From: an uncultured Clostridia bacterium
GTDB lineage: Bacteria; Bacillota; Clostridia; TANB77; CAG-508
Direction of reading: 5' to 3'
Assembly: GCA_944388935.1 (NCBI GenBank)
Contig: CALXKK010000002.1
Location: 12,421 to 76,420, forward strand
DNA: 64,000 bases
Position numbers and translations under genes: made by a program. The notes beneath the pieces were generated by a model that had not been told where the DNA came from, made no database searches, and saw nothing but the letters and a program-made list of their open reading frames with translations. This document shows, in pieces, positions 8,352-18,165 of this stretch. Positions within the stretch are counted from its first letter, which is position 1, and every line of letters begins with the position of its first letter.

Positions 8352-9890
8352 TTATCTTTCCACACTTCCCTTGTTATAGAATTTATTATCAACTTTATAC
8401 TGAACCGCTTCTGCTATACAGGATGTATCTATTATTTCTTTTTCATCCAAATCTGCAATAGTTCTAGCTATCTTTAAAATATTATTATATGTTCGTATGT
8501 TGAAATTCATTTTAATATATAATTTTTCTAACAACTTTTTACTTTCTAAATCCAATACACAATACTTTTTTATTTGTTTAGAATTCATTTCTGAATTAGT
8601 TGTTATTCCTTCGTTTATAAATCTTGATTTCTGGATTTGTCTTGCAATTTCCACTCTTTTTCTAATATCTTTACTTTTTTCTAACTTTCTATTAGTATTA
8701 ATTTCTGAATATTTTACATTCGTTATATTTAACTGTATATCTATCCTATCTAATACAGGTCCACTTATTTTCGAAAGATATCTTTTTATTTTAGTTTCCG
8801 AACAAGTACATTTCTTATCCTGACTTCCAAAATATCCACATGGACACGGATTCATTGCTGCGATTAAAACAAATTTACAGGGATATATTACTGAATTTTG
8901 AACTCTATCTAATTTTATAGTATGCGAATCCAATATTGTTCTTAAATTTTCTAATTTCTTAATATCAAATTCTGCAAACTCATCCATAAATAGAACTCCT
9001 AAATTTGCCAAGCTTATTGCTCCTGGCATTGGATTTCTTCCACCACCTAAAAATGCTGCTAACGTTATATTAGAATTCACTTCTATAAATGGTCTTTTAT
9101 TTATAATCTTACCTTCGTTTATATTACCAAGTATACTATTTATCTTAGTAATCTCTATTATTTCATCATAACTCAATTTAGGAAATATTGTTATTAATCT
9201 TTTTGCGAGCATTGTTTTACCAACACCGGGCGCTCCAATTAATAAACAATGATGATTTCCCGCAGCCACAATTTCAAGTGCTCTTTTAGCTTTTTCCTGA
9301 CCATAAATATCTGCAAAATCTATATCATATTCTTCTTCTGCATTTTCTTTTATTTTACTAACATTTTTTTCTATGGATAAATTAGAATTAATTTTTAAGA
9401 TTAAATCTTTTAAAGAATCAACATTTACAATTTCTAAACCATTTACAAGCTTTGCCTCTTCTAGATTTCCAGTTGGTATATATACTCTTTTAAAACCATG
9501 TTTTTGGGCTGTTAAACACATTGGTAATATTCCATTTACAGAATTAATATTTCCGTTATATGATATTTCACCTATAAAAATTGAAGAAATAATATTTTCT
9601 TTTTTAATAATTCCTAGGTTTATTAATAAACCTACTGCTATTGCTAAATCAAAAGAAGAACCTTCTTTTTTTATTTCTGCAGGCGCTAAATTTACGCTTA
9701 TCTTTTTACCAACCAATTTTATTCCACTATTTTTTATAGCAACGCTAATTCTTTCCTTTGATTCTTTTATACTAGTACCTAGCATTCCCACCATATCCCA
9801 ATGTGGTATTCCAGCTGATACATCTACTTGAACTTCTATAATAGTTCCTTCTATGCCTTCTAAAGCAATCGTATTTACTATTGATAACAA
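8352..9890 (-). CDS. comM: ComM/YifB family Mg-chelatase-like AAA+ ATPase (competence helicase)
   Basis: 512 aa. An N-terminal Lon-protease-like domain is followed by Walker A (GAPGVGKT), Walker B and a C-terminal ChlI domain. TTG start with AGGAGA 7 nt upstream. Confidence 0.9.
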   Translation of the reverse strand: MLSIVNTIALEGIEGTIIEVQVDVSAGIPHWDMVGMLGTSIKESKERISVAIKNSGIKLVGKKISVNLAPAEIKKEGSSFDLAIAVGLLINLGIIKKENIISSIFIGEISYNGNINSVNGILPMCLTAQKHGFKRVYIPTGNLEEAKLVNGLEIVNVDSLKDLILKINSNLSIEKNVSKIKENAEEEYDIDFADIYGQEKAKRALEIVAAGNHHCLLIGAPGVGKTMLAKRLITIFPKLSYDEIIEITKINSILGNINEGKIINKRPFIEVNSNITLAAFLGGGRNPMPGAISLANLGVLFMDEFAEFDIKKLENLRTILDSHTIKLDRVQNSVIYPCKFVLIAAMNPCPCGYFGSQDKKCTCSETKIKRYLSKISGPVLDRIDIQLNITNVKYSEINTNRKLEKSKDIRKRVEIARQIQKSRFINEGITTNSEMNSKQIKKYCVLDLESKKLLEKLYIKMNFNIRTYNNILKIARTIADLDEKEIIDTSCIAEAVQYKVDNKFYNKGSVER

Positions 9891-10195
9891 TTATTATTCT
9901 CCTAAAATATAAATATCGATTTATCCTAAACCGCAAATAGACATGTATAATAAATTGGAGTTACTTATTTATGAAAAACATATCACCTCCTAGGATGTTA
10001 TTCTTATATTAACTTTTTTATTTAGGGTTTCTATTTAGATTATAAATTATTGGATTTTAATTTATTGATTTCAAAAAACGATTTAGAATAAATCTGTATT
10101 TTATATATCACATTATTTTGCATTTGTAAATAGATATTTGCTATTTTCTTTAATTATTTTCGATTATCTAAGTTTTTCTCCTTTTTTCAACTTTT

Positions 10196-10302
10196 TTCGA
10201 CATTTTTCGACATTGAATAGGGACTGTCCTTAAAGTTCAACGTTTCCAATGCTCAGTTAACGTAAAATTTGAACTTTTAAGGTCCGTCCCTTAAGTTCAG
10301 CC
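10196..10302. repeat. Composite repeat element: tandem 10-bp repeat (ttttcgacat x2) followed by a ~21-bp imperfect inverted repeat (gggactgtccttaaagttcaa ... ttgaacttttaaggtccgtccc) with a 28-nt spacer containing GTTAAC, and a third direct copy (tcccttaagttcagcc)
   Basis: Seen directly at 10196-10215, 10220-10240, 10269-10290 and 10287-10302. The last copy overlaps the ogg stop codon. On the minus strand the tandem repeat reads ATGTCGAAAA x2, giving two TGTCGAA (Spo0A-box-like) motifs 10 bp apart. Confidence 0.6.
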
Positions 10303-11166
10303 AAGCTCTCTTCTCCAGTAAAATAGGTATTGTTGTGCAATTCCGGATAATTTTCCAAACTTATCTTCAGCTAATTTTAGTATATCTTTTTTGCTTACAC
10401 TTTTTTCATCATCTTTATGTATATATAAATCATTCATAACTCTTCTAACCCATACATCAATTGGGAAAACATCAAATCTTTTTAGTGTAGAAAATAATAA
10501 GATACAATCTGCAACTTTATCTCCTACACCTGCAAGTTTTAGAAGTTCATTTCTTATTTCGTTGGTATCTTTTATATCCTTTAGTTTATAAATATCAACA
10601 ACTTTATTCAAAACCATTATTGTCGTTTCATATATTCTGATATCTCTAAAGCCTAATCCTAACTGTCTGTAAGCTTCTACTGTAACATCTTTTAAATCTT
10701 CTGGTCTTGGAAATGTATAATAAACTTTATCATTAAATTCTATCCTTTTTCCATAATTTTTACATAGTCTTTCTATAATACCTTTTATTCTTGGAATATT
10801 GTTATTTGCAGAAATTATAAACGAAATAATAGTTTCCCATAAATCCTGATTTAATATTCTAATACCATCTCCAAATTTTACGCTTTCTTTCATATTGTCA
10901 TCTATTTTTGCTAATGTTCTCTTAATTTCGCTATAATCCCTGTCTAAATCGAAATAATCAATTACAGTATTAATTATATCGTTCTCGCAAACTCCTTTAA
11001 ATAGAATGCCTTTATCCGTCTTTTGCACATTTAAAACATTGCTTCCAAACACACCTGTATAACTTTCATCAGGTTCTTCATTCCATCTAAAGCATTGTCC
11101 ACATTCGAATATATCTTTTAAATTAAATGAATCATATTTTTCTAGTAAAAACTCTTGATATTTCAT
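10297..11166 (-). CDS. ogg: 8-oxoguanine DNA glycosylase / AP lyase (OGG1-type, HhH-GPD)
   Basis: 289 aa. An N-terminal OGG_N-like region plus the HhH-GPD motif LLKLAGVGDKVADCILLF and the catalytic Lys/Asp context. Resembles clostridial Ogg. Confidence 0.85.
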   Translation of the reverse strand: MKYQEFLLEKYDSFNLKDIFECGQCFRWNEEPDESYTGVFGSNVLNVQKTDKGILFKGVCENDIINTVIDYFDLDRDYSEIKRTLAKIDDNMKESVKFGDGIRILNQDLWETIISFIISANNNIPRIKGIIERLCKNYGKRIEFNDKVYYTFPRPEDLKDVTVEAYRQLGLGFRDIRIYETTIMVLNKVVDIYKLKDIKDTNEIRNELLKLAGVGDKVADCILLFSTLKRFDVFPIDVWVRRVMNDLYIHKDDEKSVSKKDILKLAEDKFGKLSGIAQQYLFYWRRELG

Positions 11167-11178
11167 CTATCATCTCTC

Positions 11179-12012
11179 CTATTTAAAACCTTTTCCTAAT
11201 ACCTCTCTTGCATTTGCTATTATTATAAATGCATTTTTATCATTTGATTGTACAATATTTTTTATCTTTAATACATCCCCTCTACCTGCTGCACACATTA
11301 ATACTAGCCTATCTTTATCCTCAAACATACCCTTTCCATATAGACCTGTGGTTCCTCGTTTTATATATTCACCAATCTCTTTAGATATTTTATCATTTTT
11401 TGTTGATATTATAAATATCAATTTTGAAAAATTTGTACCTTCAACAATAATATCAATTACTTTACCCATCAAAATAATTGCTATTGCTGAATATAACCCT
11501 ATCTCAATTTCCTTAAAAACTATAACATTTAACAATACAATTGAAGAATCTATAATCATTATTAGTGTACTTGTCCTATAATTTAAATTATATGTTTGTA
11601 TCAAATTACTAACTAATTCTGTTCCTCCTGTTGTTGCTTTTGAATTCAATACAATTCCAGTACCAATTCCTAAGAAAATCCCCCCATATATACTTGCTAA
11701 TAAGCCATCATTAGTAAATGCTGGTAATTTATCTAACATATCCATGAACACAGAATAAACTACAGAACCTATAATTGAATTAATTAGTATTGTTTTTCCC
11801 AATCTATAAAAAGTAAAAATAAGAATTGGAATATTAAGTATTAATGTGAATGTTCCAACTGGAATTTTAAATAAATAGTACACTATAGTAGAAATTCCAG
11901 TAACTCCACCTGTAGAAAGCTTATTTGGCAATAAAAACATAGAAGTTCCTATTGCCATTATTAAGCATCCAAATATTATCATAATTAAATTTTTTAAATA
12001 TCCCTTTATCAT
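11179..12012 (-). CDS. YitT family membrane protein (DUF161 + DUF2179)
   Basis: 277 aa. About 5 N-terminal TM helices are followed by the C-terminal DUF2179 domain (...MCAAGRGDVLKIKNIVQSNDKNAFIIIANAREVLGKGF). Confidence 0.8.
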   Translation of the reverse strand: MIKGYLKNLIMIIFGCLIMAIGTSMFLLPNKLSTGGVTGISTIVYYLFKIPVGTFTLILNIPILIFTFYRLGKTILINSIIGSVVYSVFMDMLDKLPAFTNDGLLASIYGGIFLGIGTGIVLNSKATTGGTELVSNLIQTYNLNYRTSTLIMIIDSSIVLLNVIVFKEIEIGLYSAIAIILMGKVIDIIVEGTNFSKLIFIISTKNDKISKEIGEYIKRGTTGLYGKGMFEDKDRLVLMCAAGRGDVLKIKNIVQSNDKNAFIIIANAREVLGKGFK

Positions 12013-12060
12013 AAAAAATCACCTATATTACAATTATCTGTAATATAGGCTTTTTTTATT

Positions 12061-13014
12061 CTACTCATCATCATCCAAAAAATCTGTATAAGTTTTTAAT
12101 ATTTCCATTTTATAATTTCCTCTATTAATTTTATCATTTTTTGATACCTGTAATTCTACATCGTAAATTTCTTTTAATTTATTTAAATTACAATCATCAA
12201 TACCTTTTACAAAATTTATATCTGCTTTGTTAACTTCTATATTAACAACCTTAACTTTTACATTATATGATTTAATCATTTCGACAATTCTATCATACCA
12301 TATATCACTTGCAATTAAGCCCCTGAATTGCTCTATACTCATATCATCTATAGTTTGATTTTTTTCTCCTATTGATATACTCTTTATTTTAGCCTTATTT
12401 ATTAGTTCTATACTCTCTTTAAGTCTTTCTATTAATTGAACTTTTGATAATGGCTCAAACTCATCTTGTTCATATAAATTTTTAACAACATTACTATAAT
12501 CTATTTGACATGGAATTAATGTAATGTGTATTGGTTTTAATCCTATACTTTCTTTTACAGTATTTAAATCATCTGCAACAGTACTTTCTGGAAGTCCAAT
12601 TGTTAATTTTATCCCAATTGCAAATCGTGAAAATTTAATTTGCTTTGCAATTTTTTTAGCATATTTAAATTTATAATCTACACCGATATGTTTTAATATG
12701 TAATCATTTGAAGATTCTATTACTAGTTCTATTTCCTTTACTTTAAATTTTTTTAACATCTTTAAATTCTTTTTATCTACACTATCTGGATTTGATGTTA
12801 TTTTTATTTCAAATATTTTATATTTTTTTATTAATCCATTTAGTTTTAAAAGAATTTTTTCCTGATTGTCAATATTAATACTTGTAAAATCATCATGCAC
12901 TAGTTCTAAAATAATTTTTTTATCTTGGTTCTTCTCTACTTCTTTAATAATTTCATCTGTTATTTGTATTTCGTTCTCATTTATTTTTATAGGAATATAT
13001 ATTTTTTCTTTCAT
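12061..13014 (-). CDS. TIGR01212-family radical-SAM homolog lacking the CxxxCxxC cluster-binding motif (degenerate, probably non-catalytic)
   Basis: Aligns by eye to B. subtilis YtqA-type proteins across the TIM-barrel core (ELVIESSNDYILKHIGVDYKF ~ ELGLQTIHDKTLRKINRGHTY; TIGLPESTVADDLNTVKESIGLKPIHITLIP ~ IFGLPGEGPEEMMATADAVAKLPVQGVKIHLLH). The protein has no N-terminal Cys triad; its only cysteines are C170 and a C-terminal C286. It sits in the conserved clostridial position immediately downstream of rnc. Confidence 0.6.
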   Translation of the reverse strand: MKEKIYIPIKINENEIQITDEIIKEVEKNQDKKIILELVHDDFTSINIDNQEKILLKLNGLIKKYKIFEIKITSNPDSVDKKNLKMLKKFKVKEIELVIESSNDYILKHIGVDYKFKYAKKIAKQIKFSRFAIGIKLTIGLPESTVADDLNTVKESIGLKPIHITLIPCQIDYSNVVKNLYEQDEFEPLSKVQLIERLKESIELINKAKIKSISIGEKNQTIDDMSIEQFRGLIASDIWYDRIVEMIKSYNVKVKVVNIEVNKADINFVKGIDDCNLNKLKEIYDVELQVSKNDKINRGNYKMEILKTYTDFLDDDE

Positions 13015-13067
13015 TAAAATCTCCTCCTACAGCTACAACTTCCAAATCGTTAATTTTACATAGCAAA

Positions 13068-13736
13068 TTATAACTGCTCAATAGCTTTTTTAGCTGCTTC
13101 CATCTCTGCTGCTTTTTTTGATGTTCCTGTCCCTGTTGCTAATTGCTTTCCATTGCATCTTACTTCTGCTTCGAACACTTTACTATGGTCCGGTCCGCTT
13201 TCTTTTAAAATATTATATTCTATCTTAACATTTCCTTTGTGTTGTAACTTCTCTTGTAATACTGTTTTATAATCTTTTTGACCTACATTTTGACTAGCAA
13301 TTTTTATATCATCCTTTAAGTTAGAAATTATAAATTCTTTTACAGGTTCTAATCCTCCATCTAAATACATTGCTGCGATAACAGCTTCTACACTATCTGC
13401 TAATATAGCCTCATTTGTATTTCCATGGTTAGACAATTCGCTCTTTCCAAGATATAAGAAATCACCAAAATTATGCTTTGTAGCCACTTTATATAAACTT
13501 TTTTCGCAAACGACACTTGCTCTAACTTTAGTCATTTCTCCTTCATTTAAATTAGGATAGTTTTTATACAAATAGTTACTAGATATAAACTCTAATATGC
13601 TATCCCCTAAAAATTCTAATTTTTCATTACTTTGTACTTTTTTCTCGTATGCATATGATGTATGTGTTAATGCTGTTTTTAATAAGTTTTTATTTTTAAA
13701 GATATATCCTATATTTTTCTCAAATTCTTCTAACAT
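13068..13736 (-). CDS. rnc: Ribonuclease III
   Basis: The RNase III signature NEKLEFLGDSILEF is present, with a C-terminal dsRBD (GPDHSKVFEAEVR...KKAAEMEAAKKAIE). Confidence 0.95.
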   Translation of the reverse strand: MLEEFEKNIGYIFKNKNLLKTALTHTSYAYEKKVQSNEKLEFLGDSILEFISSNYLYKNYPNLNEGEMTKVRASVVCEKSLYKVATKHNFGDFLYLGKSELSNHGNTNEAILADSVEAVIAAMYLDGGLEPVKEFIISNLKDDIKIASQNVGQKDYKTVLQEKLQHKGNVKIEYNILKESGPDHSKVFEAEVRCNGKQLATGTGTSKKAAEMEAAKKAIEQL

Positions 13737-13864
13737 TTTTACCTCCTAGATGTTATCTATTATATAACATTTTTCAAGTTTTGCAAATAATTGTGGTCAA
13801 AATCTTCCAAATTATTCCACTAATACCTTTTTGAAAAGGAAAAAAGAAGATATTTCTATCTTCT

Positions 13865-15106
13865 TTAACGATCCTCATATGTTGGAGCTTCTTGACCACT
13901 CTTTTTAGCATCTGCTAGTTTAGGTCCATTTCTAATTATAACATCTCCTGTATTTCTACTTGTATCATATTGTGTTTTTGTATCTTGAGTCTTAACTCCT
14001 TCCATGCTTTTATTTGGTTCGAATTGTTGCATTTGTGCACCTTTAGTTTGAACATATTGATTCAATCTTTCTGCAGCTCTTAGTCCTTTATTTCTTACAC
14101 TATTTTTTGCGTCTTGAACAATTTCAGAAGCTTTTTGTGTAACTGCTGTTCCAGCATTTCCAACTTTTTCTACTGCACCTTGAATCCATTTCTTTGCAGG
14201 AGTAAATACATTATCCTTTAATTTTTGTGATTTATTAAGTGCAAATTTTGAAAAGAACATAGTAATTCTATTTCTTAATCCTGTTTTTTCTTTAAAGTCT
14301 GCAACTGCTCTATTTTTTTCATTCGCTGCTTCTAATAAACCTTCTTGCTTTGCATCTTCTAATTTTTTAATTTCTGCTTTTATCTCTGCCATTCTGGCTT
14401 TATTAGCCATAATTGCTTTTTTATTCTCATCGAATGCTTTGTTTTGTCTAGCATACGCTCTAGTTGATTCTAAGCCTTTTGCTCCCATATCACTTTCTAA
14501 TTTGGTTGCCTCAGCCATTGCTTGTTGATATTCATCAATATTGCCCTCTTGCATAGCTTTCATTGCTCTATTTCTTGCATCTTCTATTTGTGGCATCACT
14601 GACTTCATATCTTTTGCAGTATCTTTTGTACCTTTTTTTGCAGAGCTTTTAGCTTTTTTTAATGCATATTGTTCTGCTCTTCTTTCTGCATTTTCTAATT
14701 TAAGAGCTGTTCCTTCTTTTATTAATGCCTGTATTTGTGCATCATAAACACCTGCAACTTTTGCTGCACTTTTATTATATTCAGCTAGTAATTGATCTTT
14801 TTGAGCTGTATACTCATCATATAATTTAGAACCCTCTTTAATTTTTCCAACTGTTGTTGTTGCCAAACTTTCTACATTTTTTGATATAGTATCTGCACCA
14901 GTTTTTATTCCTTCTCTAGTTTTTGCAGCATTGTACGCACACCATACCTTAGCTGCTAGAGCTGCATTATCTTTTAATTGTTTAATTATATCTGCTGCTT
15001 TCATATCTTCTGGAGATACTGGTTCACTTTGTATTTCTTTATAAGCTTCATCCACAGTTGCTTGGTGCTCTGCGCTATTTACTTCGTTTTCTCTATTGTC
15101 TGCCAT
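13865..15106 (-). CDS. Coiled-coil, Ala/Lys/Glu-rich low-complexity protein (~413 aa), the large subunit of paralogous module A
   Basis: Predicted almost entirely alpha-helical, with one hydrophobic patch (RITMFFSKFALNKSQKLKDNVFTPAKKW). The most plausible start is ATG 15106 (MADNRENE...), with GGGGGA 8 nt upstream and 1 nt after the stop of the upstream small ORF. The ORF track's longer 429-aa version overlaps that small ORF in another frame. Confidence 0.6.
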   Translation of the reverse strand: MADNRENEVNSAEHQATVDEAYKEIQSEPVSPEDMKAADIIKQLKDNAALAAKVWCAYNAAKTREGIKTGADTISKNVESLATTTVGKIKEGSKLYDEYTAQKDQLLAEYNKSAAKVAGVYDAQIQALIKEGTALKLENAERRAEQYALKKAKSSAKKGTKDTAKDMKSVMPQIEDARNRAMKAMQEGNIDEYQQAMAEATKLESDMGAKGLESTRAYARQNKAFDENKKAIMANKARMAEIKAEIKKLEDAKQEGLLEAANEKNRAVADFKEKTGLRNRITMFFSKFALNKSQKLKDNVFTPAKKWIQGAVEKVGNAGTAVTQKASEIVQDAKNSVRNKGLRAAERLNQYVQTKGAQMQQFEPNKSMEGVKTQDTKTQYDTSRNTGDVIIRNGPKLADAKKSGQEAPTYEDR

Positions 15107-15107
15107 T

Positions 15108-15269
15108 CTACTCATCCCCCATTTCACGATCATATTCTTTTTCAAGTTCTTCACCTTTTGATTCGACCTTATCTGCTAAGTTCTTTAACTCATCAGATGT
15201 CATTTTATCTAAATCATATATTCGTCCGTCATAAACTATTCTCCCAAAATTTTCTGTTTCATCTGCCAT
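15108..15269 (-). CDS. Small acidic protein, 53 aa (MADETENFGRIVYDGRIYDLDKMTSDELKNLADKVESKGEELEKEYDREMGDE), the small subunit of module A
   Basis: Below the ORF-track cutoff and found by manual translation. Its stop TAG lies 1 nt before the start of the large gene. It shares the KM(T/S)x(D/E)ELxN motif with the small ORF at 22168..22323. Confidence 0.45.
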   Translation of the reverse strand: MADETENFGRIVYDGRIYDLDKMTSDELKNLADKVESKGEELEKEYDREMGDE

Positions 15270-15377
15270 ACTATCACTCTTTTCTTCCGTTATTTATATT
15301 AAGTATATCTTTTTTGCAATATTTAGTACATATCAAATATATTACATTTATGTTTATTTTTTGTTACAAATAAAAAA

Positions 15378-15402
15378 AAGATATCATAATCTCATATGAT
15401 AC
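15378..15402 (-). terminator. Weak AT-rich hairpin + U-run downstream of acpP
   Basis: ATCATA tgagat TATGAT stem followed by T8 on the minus strand. Confidence 0.4.
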
Positions 15403-15434
15403 CTTCTTTATTTTATAAAGATATTCTTTTAACT

Positions 15435-15674
15435 CTAAGCATTATCTTTAATATAGTCTACAACGTCACTTACTGTAACGATTTTTTCAGCATCTTCGTC
15501 TGGAATTTCCATATCGAATTCTTCCTCCAATGCCATAATTAATTCTACTATGTCTAAAGAGTCTGCTCCTAAGTCATCTATGAAAGATGCTTCCATTGTT
15601 ACAGATGTATCTGCAACTCCTAATTGTTCAACTATTATTTTCTTTACTTTTTCAAATATTTCTTCTTGGTTCAT
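15435..15674 (-). CDS. acpP: Acyl carrier protein
   Basis: 79 aa with the [20 protein letters not shown] phosphopantetheine-attachment motif. Confidence 0.95.
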   Translation of the reverse strand: MNQEEIFEKVKKIIVEQLGVADTSVTMEASFIDDLGADSLDIVELIMALEEEFDMEIPDEDAEKIVTVSDVVDYIKDNA

Positions 15675-15744
15675 TTAACTATGTACACCTCCTCTCGCAT
15701 GTTTATTTTTACTGATTAAACAATAATATATTGTTTCAAAAAAG

Positions 15745-16785
15745 TCAAGCTTTATTTTCCTTTTGTCTAAAAAATTCTTCTGTCATTTTCTCTACAGCTT
15801 TATTTTCAACGAATTTTTCTGCCTGAATTATTGTATACTCGAATAATCTGTCATCACTACTTCCATGTGCTTTAACAACAGGCTTTTTTACTCCTAAGAA
15901 TAAAGCTCCACCATATATTTTGTAATCCATTGTCTTAGCAAATCTTTTTATTGCTGGTAAACAAGGAATACTACCAATCTTAGATAAAATATTTCTTTTT
16001 AAACTATCTACCAAAGAAGCTTTTACTAATTTTCCTACACCTTCTGTTGTTTTTAGAAAAATATTACCAGTAAATCCATCTGTAATTATTGCATGAACTT
16101 TACCAGAAAAAGCATCTCTTCCTTCTATATTTCCAATAAAATTAATGTTTAATTCTTTTGATTTTTCTTTTAATAATTCATATGATTCTTTTGTTAATTC
16201 ATTACCTTTAGTTTCTTCTGTTCCAATATTTAGTAGTCCTATTGCTGGATTTTCTATTCCAAAAGTATTTCTTAAATATATTGAAGCCATCTGTGCAAAT
16301 TGTAGTAAATTAATTGGCTTACAATTTGTATTAGAACCACAATCCATTAGCAATAATTGACTTTTATATGCTGGCAAAATTCCGGCTAATGCTGGCCTAT
16401 CGATTCCTTTTATTCTTCCAACAAGTAATGTTGCTCCAGTAAGAAGTGCTCCAGAATTACCTGCAGAAATAAAGACATCTCCTTTGCCTTCTTTTAATAA
16501 ATTAAAACCTACTACCATAGAAGAATCTTTTTTATGGCGTATTGCAACTGTAGGTATATCTTCCATTTCTATTGTCTCTGTAGCGTTATAAATTTTTAGT
16601 CTTGGAGAAATATCTGATAGTTTCTCTTTATTATATAATTCTTTAACTCTATTATTAATGATTTCTTCGTTTCCTATTAATAATATCTCTGTTGACTGAC
16701 TTACTTCATTAACTGCTTTTACAGCTCCCTTTATATTGGCATCTGGAGCATTATCTCCCCCCATTGCGTCTAGCAGTATAATCAT
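15745..16785 (-). CDS. plsX: Phosphate acyltransferase PlsX
   Basis: MIILLDAMGGDNAP... is a canonical PlsX. Start ATG 16785 has a perfect GGAGGA 7 nt upstream; the ORF-track start at 16800 lies inside the RBS. Confidence 0.95.
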   Translation of the reverse strand: MIILLDAMGGDNAPDANIKGAVKAVNEVSQSTEILLIGNEEIINNRVKELYNKEKLSDISPRLKIYNATETIEMEDIPTVAIRHKKDSSMVVGFNLLKEGKGDVFISAGNSGALLTGATLLVGRIKGIDRPALAGILPAYKSQLLLMDCGSNTNCKPINLLQFAQMASIYLRNTFGIENPAIGLLNIGTEETKGNELTKESYELLKEKSKELNINFIGNIEGRDAFSGKVHAIITDGFTGNIFLKTTEGVGKLVKASLVDSLKRNILSKIGSIPCLPAIKRFAKTMDYKIYGGALFLGVKKPVVKAHGSSDDRLFEYTIIQAEKFVENKAVEKMTEEFFRQKENKA

Positions 16786-16893
16786 ATTTATTTCCTCCAA
16801 TTATTGAATTTTGACTAATTAATTTTATTATTTCTTTTGTAAAAAAGCAATACCTTTTGACCAAATAGTTTAGTTTTCTAAAATAAAATTTGA

Positions 16894-16926
16894 CAAAAAA
16901 AGAAGTGCTTATGCACTTCTTTTTAT
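16894..16926. terminator. Bidirectional intrinsic terminator after tuf (agaagtgc ttat gcacttct)
   Basis: 8-bp GC-containing stem with T-runs on both strands. Confidence 0.75.
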
Positions 16927-16940
16927 AAATATTCGGTTTA

Positions 16941-18143
16941 TTACTCGATTATTTTAGCTACAACTCCTGAACCAACTGTTCTTCCACCTTCACGGATAGC
17001 GAATCTTAATCCTTCTTCCATAGCGATTGGTGTGATTAATTCGATTGTCATATCGATGTTATCTCCAGGCATAACCATTTCTGTTCCTGTAGGTAACTCG
17101 ATAACACCTGTAACGTCTGTTGTTCTGAAATAGAATTGTGGTCTATATCCATTGAAGAATGGTGTATGTCTTCCACCTTCTTCTTTAGTTAATACATAAA
17201 CTTGTGCTGTAAATTTTGTATGTGGATGTATTGTTCCTGGTTTAGCTAATACTTGTCCTCTTTCGATATCTGTTCTTTGGATACCTCTTAAAAGAACACC
17301 AATATTGTCTCCAGCTTCTGCTTGGTCTAATATTTTTCTGAACATTTCTACACCAGTAACAACTGATTTTAATTTTTCTGTTGATAATCCAACGATTTCA
17401 ACTTCATCAGATACTTTAACTTCTCCTCTTTCTACTCTACCTGTAGCAACTGTTCCTCTACCTGTAATAGAGAAGATATCTTCTATAGGCATTAAGAATG
17501 GTTGATCTATAGGTCTTTCTGGTGTTGGGATATAGCTATCAACTGCATCTAATAATTCTTTGATTGGTTGATATACTGGATCGTTAGGATCTTTAGATGT
17601 ACTTTCTAGTACTTGTAAAGATGATCCTTTTATAACTGGAACTTCGTCTCCTGGGAAACCATATTCTGTTAATAGGTCTCTAACTTCCATTTCAACTAAG
17701 TCTAATAATTCTGGATCGTCTACCATATCGCATTTATTTAAATAAACAACGATATATTTAACACCAACTTGTCTTGCAAGTAAGATGTGCTCTCTTGTTT
17801 GTGGCATAGGTCCATCAGCTGCAGAAACAACTAATATAGCACCATCCATTTGAGCAGCACCTGTAATCATGTTCTTTACGTAGTCTGCGTGTCCTGGGCA
17901 GTCAACATGTGCATAATGTCTTTTTTCTGTTTCATATTCAACGTGAGCAGTATTAATTGTGATTCCTCTTGCTTTTTCTTCTGGAGCACTATCGATTGCA
18001 TCATATGCTTCGTAGTCAGCTCTTCCTAATAATGATAAGTATTTTGTAATAGCTGCTGTTGTTGTTGTTTTACCATGGTCAACGTGTCCTATTGTACCAA
18101 TGTTTACGTGTGGCTTTGATCTAACATATTTTTCTTTAGCCAT
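16941..18143 (-). CDS. tuf: Elongation factor Tu
   Basis: 400 aa. [17 protein letters not shown] and NKCD are canonical. Confidence 0.97.
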   Translation of the reverse strand: MAKEKYVRSKPHVNIGTIGHVDHGKTTTTAAITKYLSLLGRADYEAYDAIDSAPEEKARGITINTAHVEYETEKRHYAHVDCPGHADYVKNMITGAAQMDGAILVVSAADGPMPQTREHILLARQVGVKYIVVYLNKCDMVDDPELLDLVEMEVRDLLTEYGFPGDEVPVIKGSSLQVLESTSKDPNDPVYQPIKELLDAVDSYIPTPERPIDQPFLMPIEDIFSITGRGTVATGRVERGEVKVSDEVEIVGLSTEKLKSVVTGVEMFRKILDQAEAGDNIGVLLRGIQRTDIERGQVLAKPGTIHPHTKFTAQVYVLTKEEGGRHTPFFNGYRPQFYFRTTDVTGVIELPTGTEMVMPGDNIDMTIELITPIAMEEGLRFAIREGGRTVGSGVVAKIIE

Positions 18144-18165
18144 TTTTATTCCTCCTTTAATTTTT

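Noticed and set aside
8051-8823. Plus-strand ORFs 8051..8461, 8295..8477 and 8497..8823
   Set aside because: Antisense to dprA and comM, with no independent support.
9971-10012. 13-codon plus-strand ORF (MKNISPPRMLFLY) upstream of comM
   Set aside because: Too short, with no RBS. It overlaps the comM promoter region.
15112-15154. ORF-track N-terminal extension of the module-A large protein (MKNLKKNMIVKWGMSR...)
   Set aside because: This frame overlaps the better-supported 53-aa small ORF. An ATG at 15106 with an RBS and 1-nt coupling is more plausible.
14978-15373. Plus-strand 131-aa ORF overlapping module A
   Set aside because: Antisense to the coupled small+large genes of module A. A Phe/Leu/Ile-rich translation is characteristic of an AT-rich antisense frame.
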